Shown: positions 14,024 through 27,850, counted from the first letter of the stretch. The stretch is 64,000 nucleotides of DNA from Octopus vulgaris (GCA_951406725.2 OX597829.1:8370001-8434000); one strand, 5' to 3'. Numbers and translations are program-made. The notes: generated from the letters alone by a model not told the origin.

Positions 14024-14024
<1 letters not shown>
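13703..14024 (-). mobile_element. Young retroelement family D within (TTA)n
   Basis: Reverse complement of 8835-9157; (TTA)n on both sides. Confidence 0.85.
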
Positions 14025-14076
<52 letters not shown>

Positions 14077-14077
14077 T

Positions 14078-15117
14078 ACTTTTAATCTGCATGTTTGTTA
14101 CAATCACTCGCCGAGACACACCCAACATCCTAGGGCGAGTGAAGGATAAGAGCTGTTACAGTATGACTGAAAGCTTGGATATTGGAAGTGGCAGTGTCAG
14201 TAGCGAAATATCTTCGTGTAATACAGCACAAACATTGAAATGGATAGGGTTTTTCTAAGGATGTAGCCAGTACTTGTCAGTACAATCCTTTGGATTTCTC
14301 TGAGACATGGTTCTCCTGGGATATTATCTAGAAGTTTCTGGCATCCGTTTCTTACCATACCTGGGGTACCCACAATAACAAGAACAGTTCTGACTTTAAT
14401 ATGCTACATCTTTTGTATTTCAATTTCCAGGTCCTTATATTTACTTAATTTGTCAAATTCCTTTACAGATATATTTTTATAAGTGGGAACACTTACATCT
14501 ATTTAGTCTACAAGTATCTTCTTCCCTGTATTTAATGACTGTGTCTGGCCGATTAGCCTGGATCGTGCTGTCGGTGTTGACTGGAAAATCCCGGAGGATA
14601 GTTACATTTTTACCTTTAACAACTGGCTCAGGATGATGTTCATACCAGTAAGCAGGTGTGCTGATTTTGTAGTGTTTACATATTTTCCATTGTAAATACT
14701 GTCCTAATCTATCGTGGCGATTTTTGTATTCGTTCGGCGTCAGCACATGGCATCCCGAGACAAGATGGTCTATTGTTTCATCAAATTTATCACGGAATCT
14801 GCATTTAGGTTTAGGGCTGTTTTGAAGAACGTTAGCCTGGTATTTTTGGTAAGCAAGCTTTGATCTTGTGTCGCTAATAATAAACGTTCAGTCTCTGCTT
14901 TCAGTCCTGAGGTTCTCAGCGACTGATGGGTTGCTGCTTGGTCTATATCAGCATTTCGTCTTCAAAATATATACTGTCCATGCTGAGGCTTCTGGTTCCA
15001 CCACTCCTCAATTTGTTTCTGCCCTTTCATTTTTTGCAGTGTGCTTGATACGTTTTAGTTGTTTGGTGGTAGTGATTTCAGGTTCTTTATCTAATTAGGG
15101 TTGATGCCGTTTACCTT
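14078..15117 (-). mobile_element. R4/Dong LINE 3' remnant (zinc finger plus RLE endonuclease)
   Basis: ORF 14477-14746: YKNRHDRLGQYLQWKICK..WYEHHPEPV..ILRDFPVNTD..ANRPD; upstream CRF...ETIDHLVSGC; ends ILRKTLSI; (AAT)n tail. Confidence 0.85.
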
Positions 15118-15152
15118 GCGAATTGTCGTCGTCGTCATCATCATCATCATCA

Positions 15153-15184
<32 letters not shown>

Positions 15185-15412
15185 GATAATGATGACGATA
15201 TCTTTTATTAATTAAGTTGGAGGAAGGTAGCAATACCAAATGATTATAATATAATGTATAATAAATCTGAGAAATCTAACGAATTTCCTCAGCCTAACTG
15301 ATATTACTAACAAAACAAATTCTGGAATCAAGGAAAATACCTTTATCGTATTTCTGGTTGCTACAACTGGGATGATTCACAACTATTTCTACAAAAAATA
15401 TCAACGAATTAC

Positions 15413-15511
15413 CTACATTGATACACAGTCCAGAAAATGTCCCGCCTGGGATCTTCAAAGCATTGTTAAGCCATTTTCCCCGTGCATTCAACAGTTGCCA
15501 ATCTTTATTTG
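15413..15511 (-). CDS. Candidate exon (NKDWQLLNARGKWLNNALKIPGGTFSGLCINV), unknown product
   Basis: Long poly-T plus TAG acceptor, GTAATT/GTAGGT donor, one open frame; no recognised homology. Confidence 0.2.
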
Positions 15512-15810
15512 CTAAAAAAAAAAAAAAAAAAAAAAAAAAATAAAGGAAACAGTTTTTCTAAAAGTTAGAAGATTATAGATAGTTTTTGTCTGATGTTTAG
15601 GTCAATTATTTTGGGAGTAAAAGGCACTTTATTAGATCAACCACAGTGCTTGTCTAGTATGTTATTTCTATGAAGTCACAGAAATATCAATATCAAAGTC
15701 GATTAGGGCATTGGGTAGGTTTGCAATCAGAATGTAAAGAGACTCCTGAATATTTCTGCTTTAGTTTAGACTATATATCATAGTATACCGCATGCGCACG
15801 TGCACACACA

Positions 15811-15874
<64 letters not shown>

Positions 15875-16227
15875 TCTAACACATTTGAAAAAATAATCAA
15901 ATATATTGTTCAGGAACTTGATATATTTTCCCATAAGAATAGAATATTAGATAAAAATATTAATCGGTTTTGTTAGTGAGTAAGCTGGTAGATATTTACT
16001 TAATATTCAAATAATGAAAATAGAAATAAAGTAGTTTACCTTGACTAGATATAAAATACATCTAAATATAGGTGACCAACATGGAACATGGCTTGTCAAT
16101 GTCTGCTTGGTGTATAGAAACATCATGTATGTGTCAAAGAATTAGATACAGCATATAGCAGTTAAACTGACAAATACATGTATATATAACTTCAATACTT
16201 AGACAGTATTCGTTGATGTTTCGTATG

Positions 16228-16354
<127 letters not shown>

Positions 16355-16384
16355 AATATATACATACACATACACACACACACG

Positions 16385-16427
<43 letters not shown>

Positions 16428-16676
16428 TTGTATGTATATATTTATAGATATATGTGTGTATATATATATAACGCACGCACGTGTGTGTATGCTGGAATAT
16501 TTGTGCGTTGTATTTGTGTTTGTGTATGTATCTGTGTGCCAATGAACATGGATACCTCTAAAAGATAAATAACAAAAATACAATATATATGTATAAAAAA
16601 CAGGTATAATTGACAAACTGTCAAAAACCCTACATAGACAATAAAAAAAAAGGAAAGCAGGAACTTTGAAACTAAC

Positions 16677-16780
16677 ATTGCGAAAGTAGTCGCAGCTTGG
16701 AGATGTTGAACAGATAGTTTGGTCGTGCACTTTGACATGTGAGACCAGTAGACTGGACAGATGTTATCTTTAGACATCGA
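16677..16780 (-). CDS. Candidate exon, unknown product
   Basis: tgtctcttcAG acceptor, GTTAGT donor, frame-compatible with neighbouring candidates. Confidence 0.15.
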
Positions 16781-18351
16781 CTGAAGAGACATAAGCAGCA
16801 ATTATTGACTTTGTAGTGCTCATTATCGACATAAATTACTGTCTTAAAAGTTGTTGTTTTTGTTAGTTTCATACCAACCATTATTAATAACATGATCAAA
16901 GTTGTTCCCGTGGTGACGTCTAGTATTTGCTTTCCGAATACCTAGGATCACATTATCGAACATGTGCGTAGTTTTTGAAAGACGGTAAGGTTTGACTTGA
17001 AGAGAACTTGGCTTCCGTTTGGAGAATGTCGAACAACCGTGTGGATACTATTTTCTATTGGCACAACCTATAAATGTTGCTAACGGAGAATGACACAAGA
17101 GAAAATTCAATGTCTACGGTGAAATGTGCAAAGATTTAAATCAAATGCTTTTTGTTGTTGGGTAAGAGTTTAATGGCTTATCATTATACATGCACATAAG
17201 TGATACTTATTTTGTGACGAGGTGAAACCCTCGTTCATTTTCGCTTTCGTATCACAATATGCGTCGGTCGTTAGTGCCAACTTACTTTCTACGAAATGTG
17301 GTCGGATGGATCACCATAGAAGCACACTGTAAGGCTACAAATATACTAGAACTGTGTCCTATGGAAGGGGCTAAAAGGAAAACTCAGTATCCATTTCAAG
17401 GCTTTCTGCTGCACAGTAGGCCGTAAAGAACAAAAAAAAAAACAAACTGAACGTTGATCATTCTAATACGTCACTTGGTACAATTCTAATATCGCCAAAA
17501 AATATTCGCTGTTCTCATTGATACGAACTAACCATCAGACTCAATATACTCCCTGCTAATTACGGAGACAATGAGCATCTTTCACAACAACAAGAACAAC
17601 AGCAAGAACTAAATGGCCTGAAAACAATCCTTACATCAATACTATCTTGTTACTTATGTAAATTGAGACCAGAGTGAGGTAGACTTTTAAAAGAACCAAG
17701 AGACCTAGAAGAAAAAAAAACACAAACTAATTCCCGTGCTCCTATGTTGGGTCTCTGCTGAAGAGGAATTCACGTGCTATGAAGGGCGATCCACCCCGCA
17801 TTATGAGGGAACCAGATTCCTCTCTGAGCAAAATGAAGTTCACAGCTGCACTCATGATCAACGAAGATATAACAAATGAAAAACACGAGTTAATTCCAAA
17901 GTATTGCAGCACGGAATCGGAAGGGAATGGGTCCCATTCCAAACTGCATAAAAAGGGAAAGATATTAGTACAAATTTCGGTCAGACATTACGAAGTGTTA
18001 TACGTCAACGATCTACAGAACCTGAACGTCCCTTGCCCATTGTAATTCACGAACTGTAGAATGATTGTAAATTCATGAGCAATGAACGATACAGGAAATA
18101 AGTAGAGAGGCCGCATAATCCGGAAATCGCTGATTAACGCAAGTTGACATCTAAATTTTACATAGATATTTTGAATTGGTTATTGTGCTTCATAACGATT
18201 CTTGTATTAAAAGCATGTAATTGTTTTTCGTTTTGGATTTTATTTCATTCCATTATACTTTGTATGGCATCCTTTATCCTACATATCCATAGTTTGCTCC
18301 ATCGTACGGTTCTTTCTTGAACTCTACTTCCAATATTGTTTGTAATACAAA

Positions 18352-18540
18352 GTAGCGAGCTGGCAAAATCGTTAGAGCGCTGGGCGAAATGCTTCACGGT
18401 ATTTTACCCGTCGCTACGTTCTGAGTTCAAATTCAGCCGAGGTCAACTTCGCCTTTCATCCTTTTGCACACTAGGGTAGATCTAATCGACTGGCTTCCAC
18501 CCCACAAATTTCGGGCCTTGTGCCTAGAGTAAAAACGAAT
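18352..18540 (+). mobile_element. SINE family A (second tail type)
   Basis: agcgagctggcaaaatcgttag...ctgagttcaaattc...gggccttgtgcctagagtaaaa. Confidence 0.75.
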
Positions 18541-18636
18541 ATTGTTTGTAATGCATAGAAATTCTTCGTGCACTTGTAGAAAATAACAGTAGTAGCAACA
18601 GCAGCAGTAGTAGTAGTAGTAAAAATGGTAATAATA

Positions 18637-18777
18637 TTTTCTATTATGGGCCCAAGGACTGATATTTGGGTGCAGGAGAATAGTCGCTTACATCGACCCC
18701 AGTGATCAACTGATACTTTCCGCTAGGGTCGACTTTACATTTCATCCTCTCGGGGTCGATAAATTAAGTACCGGTGA
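18637..18777. mobile_element. SINE family A fragment with internal inversion
   Basis: 18637-18718 is the tail in minus orientation; 18722-18777 is the core in plus orientation. Confidence 0.6.
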
Positions 18778-19763
18778 AATTCCTCCTCCTCCCCTTCCCC
18801 TCCCCTCCTCCTCCTCTTCCTCCTCCTCCTCCTCCTCCTCCTCCTCCTTTTCTTCCTCCTCTTCCTCCCTCCTCCTCCTTTTCTTCTTCCTCCTTTTCCA
18901 TCCTCCTCCTTTTCTTCTTCCTCCCCCTCTTCCTCCCCTACTCCCCCATCCCATCCTCGCAATCTGAGTAATGCTAGAAGCCATTCTTTGTTCTTTTATT
19001 CCTTTTTATGTATTTTGCATTCCATTCTATAAGTATACTGTGTTATTAGTTACTGCTCTTAACAGAACAATACATGTACGCACATATTCAAACGCAGTCA
19101 TATACATGCTTGTACACTACATGCGCGGGCTTATACATACACGTACATATTCTCACACACACATACAAACACGTACGCTCATTTAATGGGCTTGAAGTCG
19201 ATTAATCAGTACACATATAACAAGTGAATAGTGGATTGCAATACAATGATTGTAAAAACGTCTTTTATCTGAGATTATCTCCGAGGGCGAAAGGTCCTTC
19301 TATGGGTATATAGAATCTTAAAGTCATAAAGAAAAGTCAAGGGAAATAACTCCCATAATATCACCCAAATGAACTCATGAAAAATATATTAAGCATTCAG
19401 ACAAGCAATGCGTATATTCAATTTCATTAGATATAATATTATCTGAAGGTTCAAAATATGTAATTGGAAGAAATTACGAGATTTAGAAGAAGGTCATGAT
19501 TAAAGAAATGCATCAATGTTTTATTGCTGCTTTGTTAATCGTAAATCTGAGCTATTTGATAATAGATGCGTACATACACGCACACACACACTGCGATCTT
19601 CACCTGAGGATCGCAGTGACGGGAAACTCGAGTTGCGAGACAGACTTTCAGATTCATTCTTATGAAAAAAAAACAAAAAAAAACCTTCCATATCTTCTAT
19701 AACTTGTTTTGAGCACTTCTCATTCGTTCGACATTAAATAACGTGCATATAAACGACACCTAC

Positions 19764-19835
19764 AAGGTTTCCCGCTCAGCAATGAACTGAGGGAGAAACT
19801 GATCAAGGAACAGATGAAAGATGAAGATTGATATT
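19764..19835 (-). CDS. Candidate 72-nt exon (ISIFIFHLFLDQFLPQFIAERET), unknown product
   Basis: ttttgcAG acceptor and GTAGGT donor; unique sequence between repeats. Confidence 0.2.
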
Positions 19836-21568
19836 CTGCAAAATCACACACACACACACAAACACAAACAAACATATACACACTCTCACACATGTATATA
19901 TACGCATAGAAATATATATACCATGCATATGTATATATAAATATATATGTATACATATATATATATAAGGTGGTGCCCCAGCATGACCACAGTCTAATGA
20001 CTGAAACAAGTAAAAAATAGAAAATAAAAATAGAAAATGTATATATATACACATATATATGTCAATATATGCATGTATGTGTATGTGTGTATATGTATGT
20101 ATGTATGCATTCATGTTTGTATGTATATGTATATGTATGTATGTGTGTGCCTGCATGTATGTATATAATGCTTGTATATATGTATGTATATAAAATATTA
20201 CGTTTTCAATTGGGTCTTCTTTTTTCTAAAGACTGTAACGTGTGATTTGAAAGATGTTTGCTTGCTCTTTTTAACACTGGGTCATGCAGTTTTAACGGAT
20301 TGTCTATCTGTTTCGACAAAATTTTGTTATCAAGTGAACTATCCACTCGTTAAATTAACGTGGCAATTTCACGACATACTGTACCCTTTATTTAATTTTC
20401 GGGAAGTATCAGTCTGTGAGGAAACATCACAAGGCAGCACTTTCGAATTACAAATACAATCCATTTCATAAACTCCCGTATTGGTTCCTTCTATAGAGTT
20501 TCACTTACATGATTTTGGCCAAACCAAGGCTATCGCAAAAAACATATCTCAAAGGTGTCATTTAGTGGGATCAAATCCGGGACTTCTCTAACAATCAGCC
20601 AAGACTGTGGTATACTGCTCTTACTAATCGTTCTCCTTTTAGAAATCAATATTACAAAAAAAAAAAAAAAATTGAGAAACTTAGATCTTTTATTGAAGGT
20701 GTAACATTATTGCCTTCAGTTATTGAAATCTGTTCCATGAGTTTGAGGTTACACATGTAAGTCAATTAATGTTAACTAAGAATTATTCACCTTCCTTATC
20801 CATATATCTTTAAACCCAAAACAGGGCAAAATTTTATAGGAGAGCGGTACAATAATACTATAATATTACAGATAATTCTATAATATTACAGATAATAAGG
20901 GCGCCGAGTAGCACTAACAGTAAATGACCAGGTGAAATATTTCATCGTATTTTATTACTTTCTCTTCTATTGAAAGTTCAATACACAAAAGGAGGATAAT
21001 TCAACTTATCGCTCCAAGATCGATGAAATCAGCAAAAGTTTTGTATCAAGGGGGAAAAAACTCAATATATTGCATACCTCACTCTATGCATTTAAAACCA
21101 TGAATCAAGCCAATATTCATTTTATTTTTGAATCTTCAAATTCCAGAGCGTAATATCTCGCTAAAGACATCATGTTCCCTCTTACTGGAAATATCAATAA
21201 CAACAAACATCAAAACACATTTACACCAGATATATTATATTATTAGATTATTTTGATGTTGCATAGCAAACCACTTCCGGCTTGATTCCTTTCTGCCATG
21301 TTGATATTAAATTCACGAACAGAACAAAATAGAAACAGTATCAAAACTAAAAGCTACTTTGAATCACTAAAATATTCTTGCTGTTTTTTTTTAAGATTCT
21401 TATATATTTACGTAGAGATTTGACGTAGAGCAGGATTTATTTGTCAGAGGTTCTTTAATTGAACTTGGCATATTTATTAGACATGAAACAGACAAGACGT
21501 CGCAGAGAAAGAAGACTTACACAAAGAACAAACATATATAGAGAGATACACAATAAGCACAAAAATAA

Positions 21569-21638
<70 letters not shown>

Positions 21639-21640
<2 letters not shown>

Positions 21641-22050
21641 CGCAGGAGTGGCTGTGTGGTAAGTAGCTTGCTAACCAACCACATGGTTCCGGGTTCAGTC
21701 CCACTGCATGGCACCTTAGGCAAGTGTCTTCTGCTATAGCACCGGACCGACCAATGCCTTGTGAGTGGATTTGGTAGACGAAAAGTGAAAGAAGTCCGTC
21801 GTATATATGTATATATATATATATATGCGTGTGTGCGTTTGTGTATCTGTGTTTGTCCCCCTAGCATTGCTTGACAACCGATGCTGGTGTGTTTATGTCC
21901 CCGTTACTTAGCGGTTCGGCAAAAGAGACCGATAGAATAAGTACTGGGCTTACAAAAGAATAAGTCCCGGGCTCGAAGTGCTCGATTAAAAGGCGGTGCT
22001 CCAGCATGGCCGCAGTCAAATGACTGAAAAAAGTAAAAGAGAGAAATAGA
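21639..22050 (+). mobile_element. tRNA-derived SINE family B, full length, with internal microsatellite
   Basis: A box tggctgtgtgg, B-box-like gggttcagtccc, CORE-like accttaggcaagtgtct, internal (TA)n/(TG)n, tail ccagcatggccgcagtcaaatgactgaa. Confidence 0.85.
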
Positions 22051-22176
22051 GAGTATATTGATATGTGTATATGTATTTGTGTGTTTACGCGCGCTTGTAC
22101 ATGTCCACAGACACAAAACGCAGAGATACAAGCGTTTGGTACACTTTCGTATATGTTTGTATATATATATATATAC

Positions 22177-22918
22177 ACTGTCACGCCTCCTTCCTTCAAA
22201 CGGGAAGGAAGAGCTATTTTCATCATCCTTGTGGCTATGGCGAAAGAATGTATCTGGTGGACGCGTCTGAAAGGATTGGAGACAAACACTTTCCTCTCTG
22301 GTCAATCTCTCATCAACTTCTTCAAGTACCACTTGAAAAGGAAAGTGAGAGTAGAGAGGCAAGTTTTGTCTAGCGAATGTTTTAAAAAAAGATGGGTGAA
22401 TGTAGCAAGGATGGCACGTATGAATGACGAAGCCACCTTGAGCATAATCCTATGAACCCAGAAATTGAAAACAGAGGGTTACCCACTTGCAAACAAATGT
22501 GGTAACATATAACAATATTGATCAAGGTTACCGTGGTCTTTTTCGTAGGCTTTTCTTCCCACGGATAAACCTTACTTGCTTTCCCCTTTACACCATATAT
22601 CATAACACTGTGATACACGATCCCTATTGATCGTTCTTTTTTTCCTCTTCCCCTTTTTTCCCCTTTTTTCTTCTTTTTTCATTTCTCTTTCCTTTTGTTC
22701 CTTTTCCTTTTCTTTTTTTTTCTTTTTATTCTTTTTATTTTATTCAATTTTTTTTTTGTTTCTGTTCTTTTCTTCCCTTTTACGATCCCTCTTGATCGAA
22801 AACCTACGCCACCCCCTTTTTTTTTTTTTTTTTTTTGTTCTCTTCATCCCCCAAAAGAAAAGCTCTACCTTGTAACTTGTCCCATCTGTGTGCAGCCCTG
22901 TGTGGTCAATAAAGAAAC

Positions 22919-22919
<1 letters not shown>
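22177..22919 (+). mobile_element. Tx1/L1-like LINE 3' end (ORF2 C-terminus plus 3' UTR) with (ATCT)n tail
   Basis: IFIILVAMAKECIWWTR..SGQSLINFFKYHLKRKVRVERQVL..FKKRW then stop at 22455; T-rich UTR; aataaa immediately before (ATCT)n. Confidence 0.75.
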
Positions 22920-23086
<167 letters not shown>

Positions 23087-23534
23087 GTGCAGCCCTGTGT
23101 GGCTAATAAAGAAACATATCTATCTATCTGTCTGTCTGTCTGTCTGTCTGCCTGTCTATCTGTCTGTCTGTCTGTCTCTATGTTTGTCTGTCTGTCTATC
23201 TATCTATCTGTATGTCTGTCTGTCTGTCTCATATCTGTATATAAATATATATTCAAGCACACACACACACACACACACACACGCATATATTGTAGTAGAT
23301 GAAGATGTTAAAGGACTTATAAGCCCTGAAACAACTGATGTTATTACGATAAATATTCTAAACGCTGTCACTTTGACGGATTGCTGACGACATAAATCAA
23401 TGTCTCCTTTCTCTTTGTAAGACGGCGGGTTTATTTCTTGATGGTTTATTTCGTGACTACACTGGAGATTCATCAATGGCTTGTGGTACGTTTATATATG
23501 CTTTTAGTAAGGTGGAGGAGGAGGAATAAGGAGA

Positions 23535-23753
23535 AAAGAAGAAGAAAAAGAAGAAAAAGAAGAAAAAGATGAAGAAGAAGAAGAAGAAGAAGAAGAAGAA
23601 GAAGAAGAAGAAGAAGAAGAAGAAGAAGAAGAAGAAGAAGAAGAAGAAGAAGAAGAAGAAGAAGAAGAAGAAGAAGAAGAAGAAGAAGAAGAAGAAGAAG
23701 AAGAAGAAGAAGAAGAAGAAGAAGAAGAAGAAGATGATGAAGAAAAAGAAGAA
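23535..23753. repeat. (GAA)n microsatellite
   Basis: Direct reading. Confidence 0.95.
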
Positions 23754-24782
23754 GACTACAGGAAAGTTCCTAACGATGCATGGTACCCATCAGCCACGTG
23801 CGGATACTGATCGCCTATACACGAAGAGAGCAAGTGGAGGATGGGACTGATAAGTGTGGGTGGGAGACTGCGTGCATATCGTACTCAAGAACTGAATGAT
23901 ATACCTAGCACAAAGTAAATGAAACCTTGCTAGTGAGAGTCAGGAACGAAGGATTATTGAGAGCAGAGAAAAGAGGGAAAACGGAGGGAAAGTACAAAAA
24001 GGACACGAAGAAGATTCACGCAACAAGGGACTACATAATCAGTTCTACTACTGAAGTTGTTGTAAAATACAGGTAGGTTTGGATGAAGAAACGAACACTG
24101 AGAGCACTATACTGGCAGAATGGAGAAGTATCACCGCTGTGCCGCATCTGTAAAAGAGTGGACGAAACCATTGCTCATATCACAAACGAATGTCCTAGAC
24201 TTGATTATTGTGGCGACACAATAAGGTATAGAAAGCGCTACATTGGAAACTGTGCGAAAAATGGAGGCCAGAGAGAGGCAAGACTTGGTATGAGCAGAAA
24301 CTGAAGAGAGTGGCGGAGTCGGAGATAAGCAAAATCCTCTGGGATTTCTCAATCCAAACAGATCAGGTACTAGAGCATAACAGACCGGTCGTAGTGGTGG
24401 TGTACAAGGTGCACCACATGCGCTATATAGTTGATGTTGCGTGCCTATTTGACCCACAGATAGTCAAGAAGGAAGGCGAAAATAGATAAATACATACCTC
24501 TTAAGCACGAAATAGTCCGGCTATGGAAATGGAAGAAGGTGAAGATAATGCCAATTGTTTTTGTGTCCTTGGAACAGTATCAGAAGACATCAAGAGGAAT
24601 TTAAAGGAAATCGGAAAAGAGTGAGTGCCCGATAGAACTATTACAAAATGTTTGCCTCCTTGGCACGGCAAGAATAATCAGGAAAGTATTAGATAGTTGA
24701 AAAGAATGGATAGCATGGTACCATAGGCTGCAGGCAACAAGCCCGCTACGCATGCAACGCTCCAGGAGTTCCCAAAATCCTG
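23754..24782 (+). mobile_element. R4/Dong LINE 3' remnant flanked by (GAA)n
   Basis: GKFLTMHGTHQPRADTDRLY; CRICKRVDETIAHITNECPRL; KILWDFSIQTDQVLEHNRPVV; IVDVACLFD; QNVCLLGTARIIRKVL. Confidence 0.85.
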
Positions 24783-24995
24783 AAGAAGAAGAAGGAGGAG
24801 GAGGAGGATGATCTCTGGCTTACCATCTATGCAGGAAGTGTGTTTCTTTTAATGGCCTACTACTGTATACAGGGCGTTTCTCTGCCCTAAGTGTCAGGAA
24901 GACACTCGGCAAGAGATGGAAACAGAATTGAAAGAAGATGCTAATGAAAATGATGATGATAATAACAACAACAACAACAATAATAATAATAATAA

Positions 24996-25120
24996 TCCTT
25001 TCTACTATTAGCACAAGGCATGGAAGTTGTGGGAAGGGGATAGTCGATTACACCGGCCCCAGTGCTTGATTGGTACTTAATTTATCGATCTCGAAAGGAT
25101 GAAACGCAATGTCGACTTCG
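24996..25120 (-). mobile_element. SINE family A 3' part (second tail type)
   Basis: ttctactattagcacaagg...ggtacttaatttatcgatctcgaaaggatgaa. Confidence 0.7.
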
Positions 25121-25178
25121 GAAGATGATGATGATAATAATAATATATATATGTGTGTGTATGTGTGTGTGTGTGTGA

Positions 25179-25233
<55 letters not shown>

Positions 25234-27435
25234 TATACATATATATATATATACAAACGTACGCGGTGAAATCGGGTCCGCAATACATTGGGATATATAT
25301 CAATACCGCTACTCACCTCGCCATTCTTGTGTCATTCTCGTACTTTTAAATCTTCATGAGTTTCTTTCAGAAGGATCATTAACAAATTTACTTCCTTTTA
25401 CTGGAATCCTCATGCAAGAACTACACCTACATTTTTTACACACACATACACACTCAAACACACGCACGTACACAAACACACACACGCGCGCGCGCAAGCA
25501 AACAAACAAGTTCTCCCCGTGTCCATTTCATCCCCTAGTATGCTGCTCGAGCAACGGTGTTAATACCAAGTGTTGTATGAAAACAAATCGTCCAGAGTGT
25601 AAATATTTACCAGCTTTTTGCTAAAAGAAAACATACATTGCAAATAATAAAAATAACACTCATAAATTAAACAACAGTGTAAATACAAAAATCTAAAAAA
25701 AATTACTAAAGGAGAATATATAAAAAAAAAACAACAGGAATGTATTTTGTGCAAATCAAAAAAATAAAGCTTTCACCCACGCAAACACATACTCATGATC
25801 GCATACAAACGCACATATATGTGTGTGTGTGTGTGTGTATATATATACACACACACAGAAAACATAAAACGGAGGAAGATATAATTAAGTAGGCAAACTG
25901 TCTCCTCCTGCTCCGCACACTTAGCTATACACTAAAATATCGATGCGGACAGTGCAAATATTCCTTCAGTATATCCAACAGCGCCTATACATCAATGTGT
26001 GATGTTGCTGTGGTTGGTATTTTCCTGGCTGTATTATTGATGCCGGCAATATTATCTTTGTTGTTTTGGTATTATTGTTGTTTTGTGTTTAATACATAAG
26101 TGGGGTATTTTCACGAGAAGGAGAGAGAGAGGGGGGAGGAGATATGGGAATGGCATGACAGAGAGATAGAGGAACAGAGAGTGTGAGAGGACGAGAGAGT
26201 GAAGGGCAGGGTAAGAGATGGTTTAACCAGAATGTAATGTTGTGTGTGTCATTGAGATTATGGTTAAAGTTTTAATGATGGTAGTAATTCCTTTCTAGTG
26301 ATGGTATTATAATGAGTGAGGGAGAAAAAGGAAAGGAGAGAAAAAGACAAAGAGAGTGCGAGAGATTGAGAAAGGGAGAGAGAGAGAGAAACAGACGGAA
26401 AGAAAATAGAAGAGTGTTGGCGTGGAATAAATAAATAAATAAATATATAAATGGTTGGGCGAGTAGAAATTTTCAAGAGTCTAAATGATCGAGTGATCAA
26501 GTGGCTGTTCTGGATGTGGGTTTAATAAGATAAATATATACACAAGGAGATTTAGCAAACAAATTATAGCCGTTGTGTGTTTTGAGTCCGCATTGGTTAT
26601 ATACTCAGTATATACTGAGCTCATCTTTGTTACTTTTTGTTTTGTTCGTTTTCATTTTTCCGTTAAATATTTTTGAACTCTTCTTTCCCTTGAGGTTCTC
26701 ACGGGAAGTTATATCCAGCTAGACACTTCTCCAGAATTTCTTTCCTTTAGCATGCACCGTGTATATTCTGTGCGTGTGTATGTATGGGAGGGGCGTATAA
26801 GTGAGTGTGTAGGTTCAGATACAAGCAAATAGACACACAGACCAGCACTCACATATCTATAATATTGTGTGTGCGGTATGTGCGTGCGTGCACGTGTGTG
26901 TATAGATTATACATACATATATTAATACATACGCACACGTCCACACATACATTTACATATAGATATAAATGTGTGTATGTACATGTGTTTGCGCACATAT
27001 GTGTGTCTGTGTCTATGTATATATGTATGTATGCATGTATGTATATTTGTATGCACGTATGTATATATGTAAATTTGTACAATTGTGAATAAATTCTGTT
27101 GGTTTTACCATGTTTAAAAATGCGTTTGTTCAATTCATCTGTGTGTGTGTGTGTATGTGTGCATACGTGTATGAGTTTTGTATTTGCATGCGCTTGTTTC
27201 TTGTTCGTGTTTGTATGATTGTGTACGTTTATTTGCGTGTGGTCGTGCGTGCCTGGGCAAAATATATCCCCTGTCCACTCCTTTCATCTCCCATTTTTAC
27301 TTTCCCTTCTTCCTTTTCTTTTAGTTTTTCCCCCCTCTTTTCTCTTTGCATAACGAAACGAACTCATGTCCTGCTTCTTTGTTGCAGTTTTTAGTGAGAA
27401 ATTTAGTGGAACAGCGTGCCATTCACACCACCACC

Positions 27436-27467
<32 letters not shown>

Positions 27468-27594
27468 CAAAAACAACAACAAAAACAACAACAACAACCC
27501 CAGCAGCAACAACTACATCACCACCACCACCAACAACAACAACAACAAAATCATCATCACTATCAACGTCATTAAGAGCAACAACATCAGCATA

Positions 27595-27695
27595 AAATAA
27601 TAATAATAATAATAATAATGATAATAATAATAATAATAATAATGATAATAATAATAATGATAATAATAATAATAATAATGATAATAATAATAATG

Positions 27696-27735
<40 letters not shown>

Positions 27736-27764
27736 TAATAATGATAATAATAATAATAATAATC

Positions 27765-27845
<81 letters not shown>
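27595..27845. repeat. (AAT)n microsatellite
   Basis: Direct reading. Confidence 0.95.

Positions 27846-27850
<5 letters not shown>

Noticed and set aside
17240-18050. Possible LINE ORF1 zinc knuckle (KCGRMDH) and 88-aa ORF
   Set aside because: CCHC motif incomplete and frameshifted.
21639-21715. tRNA gene calls for SINE heads (also 6558, 40650, 49569)
   Set aside because: Incomplete cloverleaf and continuous with SINE bodies.
27366-27575. Poly-H/Q ORF after a plausible acceptor, resembling a transcription-factor tail
   Set aside because: Built from CAC/CAA repeats grading into (AAT)n; no domain evidence.
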